Shown one piece after another: positions 60,426 to 64,000 of a stretch of 64,000 nt of DNA. The stretch is from Octopus vulgaris (taxonomy: Eukaryota), in assembly GCA_951406725.2 (NCBI GenBank), contig OX597837.1, positions 11,222,001 through 11,286,000 of the forward strand, written 5' to 3'. The position numbers and the translations under genes are program-made. The notes below the pieces were generated by a model. It was not told where the DNA came from. It ran no database searches and saw nothing but the letters and a program-made list of their open reading frames with translations. Numbering within the stretch: the first letter of the stretch is position 1; each line of letters begins with the position of its first letter.

Positions 60426-60724
60426 ATAATTCGAGACAAAACCACTATTTTAAAACCAAACAAGGAAAGACTTAATCAATACATAAAATTTTAATATAAA
60501 TTAAATAAACCGCCACTACAAATGTTTCATGTCTGCTCCGACAATCTTCAGGTGGATTTTCGATCTTCTAATCAGTATCAAATTTTGATACTGATTAGAG
60601 ATCGAAAATCCACCGAAAATTGTCGGAGCAGACATGAACATTTGTAGTGGCGGTTTATTTAATTTATATTAAAATTTTATGTATTGATTAATTCCTTGTT
60701 TGGTTTTTTGGTTTTGTCTAATTA
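60426..60724. repeat. Spacerless palindrome centred at ~60583 between (TA)n tracts
   Basis: CTAATCAGTATCAAA-T-TTTGATACTGATTAG centre; the right arm carries several small deletions. Confidence 0.9.
60513..60555 (-). ncRNA. Type I hammerhead ribozyme
   Basis: CCAC-CUGAAGA-U.UGUC-GGAGCA-GACA.U-GAAA-CAUUUG-UA-GUGG; the mirror copy at ~60610-60650 has a damaged core. Confidence 0.88.
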
Positions 60725-60752
60725 TGGTTTTAAATATATATATATTTATGTC

Positions 60753-60903
<151 letters not shown>

Positions 60904-61082
60904 TTAAATTAATTACATTTAATTCATTAATAGCGAAACAATTGTCCCAAGATAATCTGTATTTTTGTTATTTTTATGAACTAACAGTCGTACCGGCTTT
61001 CATGGGAAACATGTATTTTTCGTGGTTGAAACCTCTTGGATTAACTGGTGCTAGAGTGATCAATATAGTGAACACTCTCTTA

Positions 61083-61122
<40 letters not shown>

Positions 61123-61141
61123 AACATATATATATATATAT

Positions 61142-61740
<599 letters not shown>

Positions 61741-62421
61741 AGATATCTAATCGTTTATAGTAACGTGTAGATGCACTCTACGAGGACACATTTTGGATTA
61801 TACACCCGTCTGCTAGATCCACCCACAGCGCTTGGGGCATCTCGGAGCTCTAATACGTGATACTTGTTCAAGATGCCACACTGCAACTCTGCAGACGTGT
61901 TACCAGGCCACTTACCAATACTGGCCCACTTAACAATAATTTTCCGAGTTGTTTAATCAGATGTATAATCCGGAGTATGAATTGATAAAGGAAAATTCAG
62001 ACAGCTTATGTTTGAGTGGACTGAATTACTGAAGAGGCCATTGTAAAGGCAACGATTAAATAAAGCACTTCAGACCGAATCTGAAACAAACACAACAGAT
62101 GCGCGCGCAGACATACATACATACATACATACATACATACGTACGTACGTACGTACGTACATACGTACATACATACATACATACATACGTACATACATAC
62201 ATACGTACGTACATACATACATACGTACGTACATACATACATACATACATACGTACATACGTACATACATACATACGTGCATACATACATACGTACATAC
62301 ACATAAATATATATTCACACTCATATATATATATATATATACACACGTATACATATACATACACATACATACATATGCATATGTATATATATGTATATAT
62401 ATACATAGATACATACATATA

Positions 62422-62496
<75 letters not shown>

Positions 62497-62515
62497 ATAG
62501 ATATATCTATACCTG

Positions 62516-62547
<32 letters not shown>

Positions 62548-63418
62548 CACGTAGGTATTGACAAGGCGGTGGGATAGAGAGTGAGAGAGAGGGAGATATA
62601 CGTATACAAATGAAACAGTGCCACAAAGAAATAAATTGAAAAGCAATGAAAGAAAACGAAATTAATTGCAATTTTCAAATAATTAAATAAATAAATGATA
62701 TAACCGATGTCTCCGATCGAAAAGAAAACCGGTTGAGGATAAGGTGGGAAACCGGCAACGGTATCGTAGAAGGGAACAACAACAACAACATATATATATA
62801 TTGGAGGATTTCTGTTGTACGAATCAACTAAAATTTAAAGCCTGTAACCAACTCTATCGATCTTTTGTGCCGAACTGCGACGTTACAGACTGCACGTCCT
62901 AAATGTGTAGGACCATCAATGGATCATCAGTGATGTTTTAGCATTTTAATATTTCGAATATTTTTGTTTATATACAATCATGCTTAAAGAAAGAACGTTC
63001 TGGTAACTTTTATCATTTGGTTGCTTTATTCATTGAACCACGACCAGGCTGGAGCACCACCTTGAAGTGTTTTAGTCGAATAAATCAACTGCAGTGCTTA
63101 TTTGTTTTAAAGACAGGCACTTATTCTGCTGATATCTTTGGCTGAACCGCTAAGTTACGGTTATCAGGTGGGGGTATCGGTGACAGACACAAGCACAAAA
63201 AATATTTACATACACACATATACACACACACGCACACACACACACTCACTTTCTCCTTCGCTCTCTCTCTCTCATATACACACACATACACACACACCCG
63301 CTTTCTCCCCCCCTCTCTCTCTCTCATACACACACACACATACATGCACACACACACACATATGGATATATAACAAATGATGGAGAAGGAAAATGGACTA
63401 AACGAAAATCTTTATGGC

Positions 63419-63522
63419 TCACAACGATCGTTTCGACCCATTTTGTATCAATCCCTCGCGAATGAGATAATGTACAACTGGTTGTGATGCATCACTCGGT
63501 ACAGATGTGTCTCGTCAGGTGA
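63419..63522 (-). ncRNA. Type I hammerhead ribozyme, long stem II
   Basis: UCAC-CUGACGA-GACACAUCUGUA...UACAAAAUGGGUC-GAAA-CGAUCG-UU-GUGA. Confidence 0.9.
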
Positions 63523-63563
63523 TTTTACAAGAAAAATCTCGTTAAAAGCCTCTGTTTTGCTCT

Positions 63564-63635
<72 letters not shown>

Positions 63636-64000
63636 GGGTTAGGGCTAGGGTTACACCCATAACCTCTATCTTACTTTGTACTATATATATATGTATATAT
63701 ATATAAGGTTACAGTAAATCTCATGGGGATCACTTCTCTATGTTTCTCGACCCAATATTTTATGCAAGTAAATCCCAAATCACGTTGAATGTATATAATT
63801 TTGTTACATCAAAACAAACAGTCAATGGGATTCTGTTGTTCTGGACAGATGTGACAGGAAATCGATGTCATAATAAAGTTGTCAAGATCTCCACTGTCAG
63901 TTAAACACATTTGAAATCTGGTGAGTACACTATGTATGAAAAAAGCGGTAATTTAACTTAATGAGCAGTGCAAAATAATTTTTTAATGTTAAAATGTTAA

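Noticed and set aside
60610-60650. Plus-strand mirror HHR
   Set aside because: The core has deletions (CGAAAA, GAAC). It is either dead or a sequencing error in a hairpin, so it is not counted as intact.
63820-63926. Possible exon (LFWTD peptide, strong CTG|GTGAGT donor)
   Set aside because: All three frames hit stops before the donor. A non-coding exon cannot be excluded.

Overview
This is AT-rich eukaryotic non-coding DNA with no intact host gene I can support. Nearly all ORF-track entries are translations of (TA)n, (CA)n, (TATC)n, (TATG)n or (TAA)n microsatellites. The repeat make-up suggests an octopus/coleoid genome (inference from recognition, not a search). It holds four tRNA-derived SINE families (labelled A-D here), three non-autonomous Helitrons, and fragments of R4/Dong, CR1-like, RTE-like and Tc1/mariner elements. 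The main hidden signal is a dense set of type I hammerhead ribozymes (HHRs): 12 fold completely by eye and about 8 more are variant or decayed. They come from many sequence-unrelated families and sit in short non-coding islands inside (TA)n tracts. Four islands are long palindromes with an outward-pointing HHR in each arm. This points to microsatellite-associated, Penelope-like (PLE)-derived ribozyme elements with unusual cores (U3-A8 swap, long stem II, palindromic stem III). All folds were done manually and none is experimentally tested.
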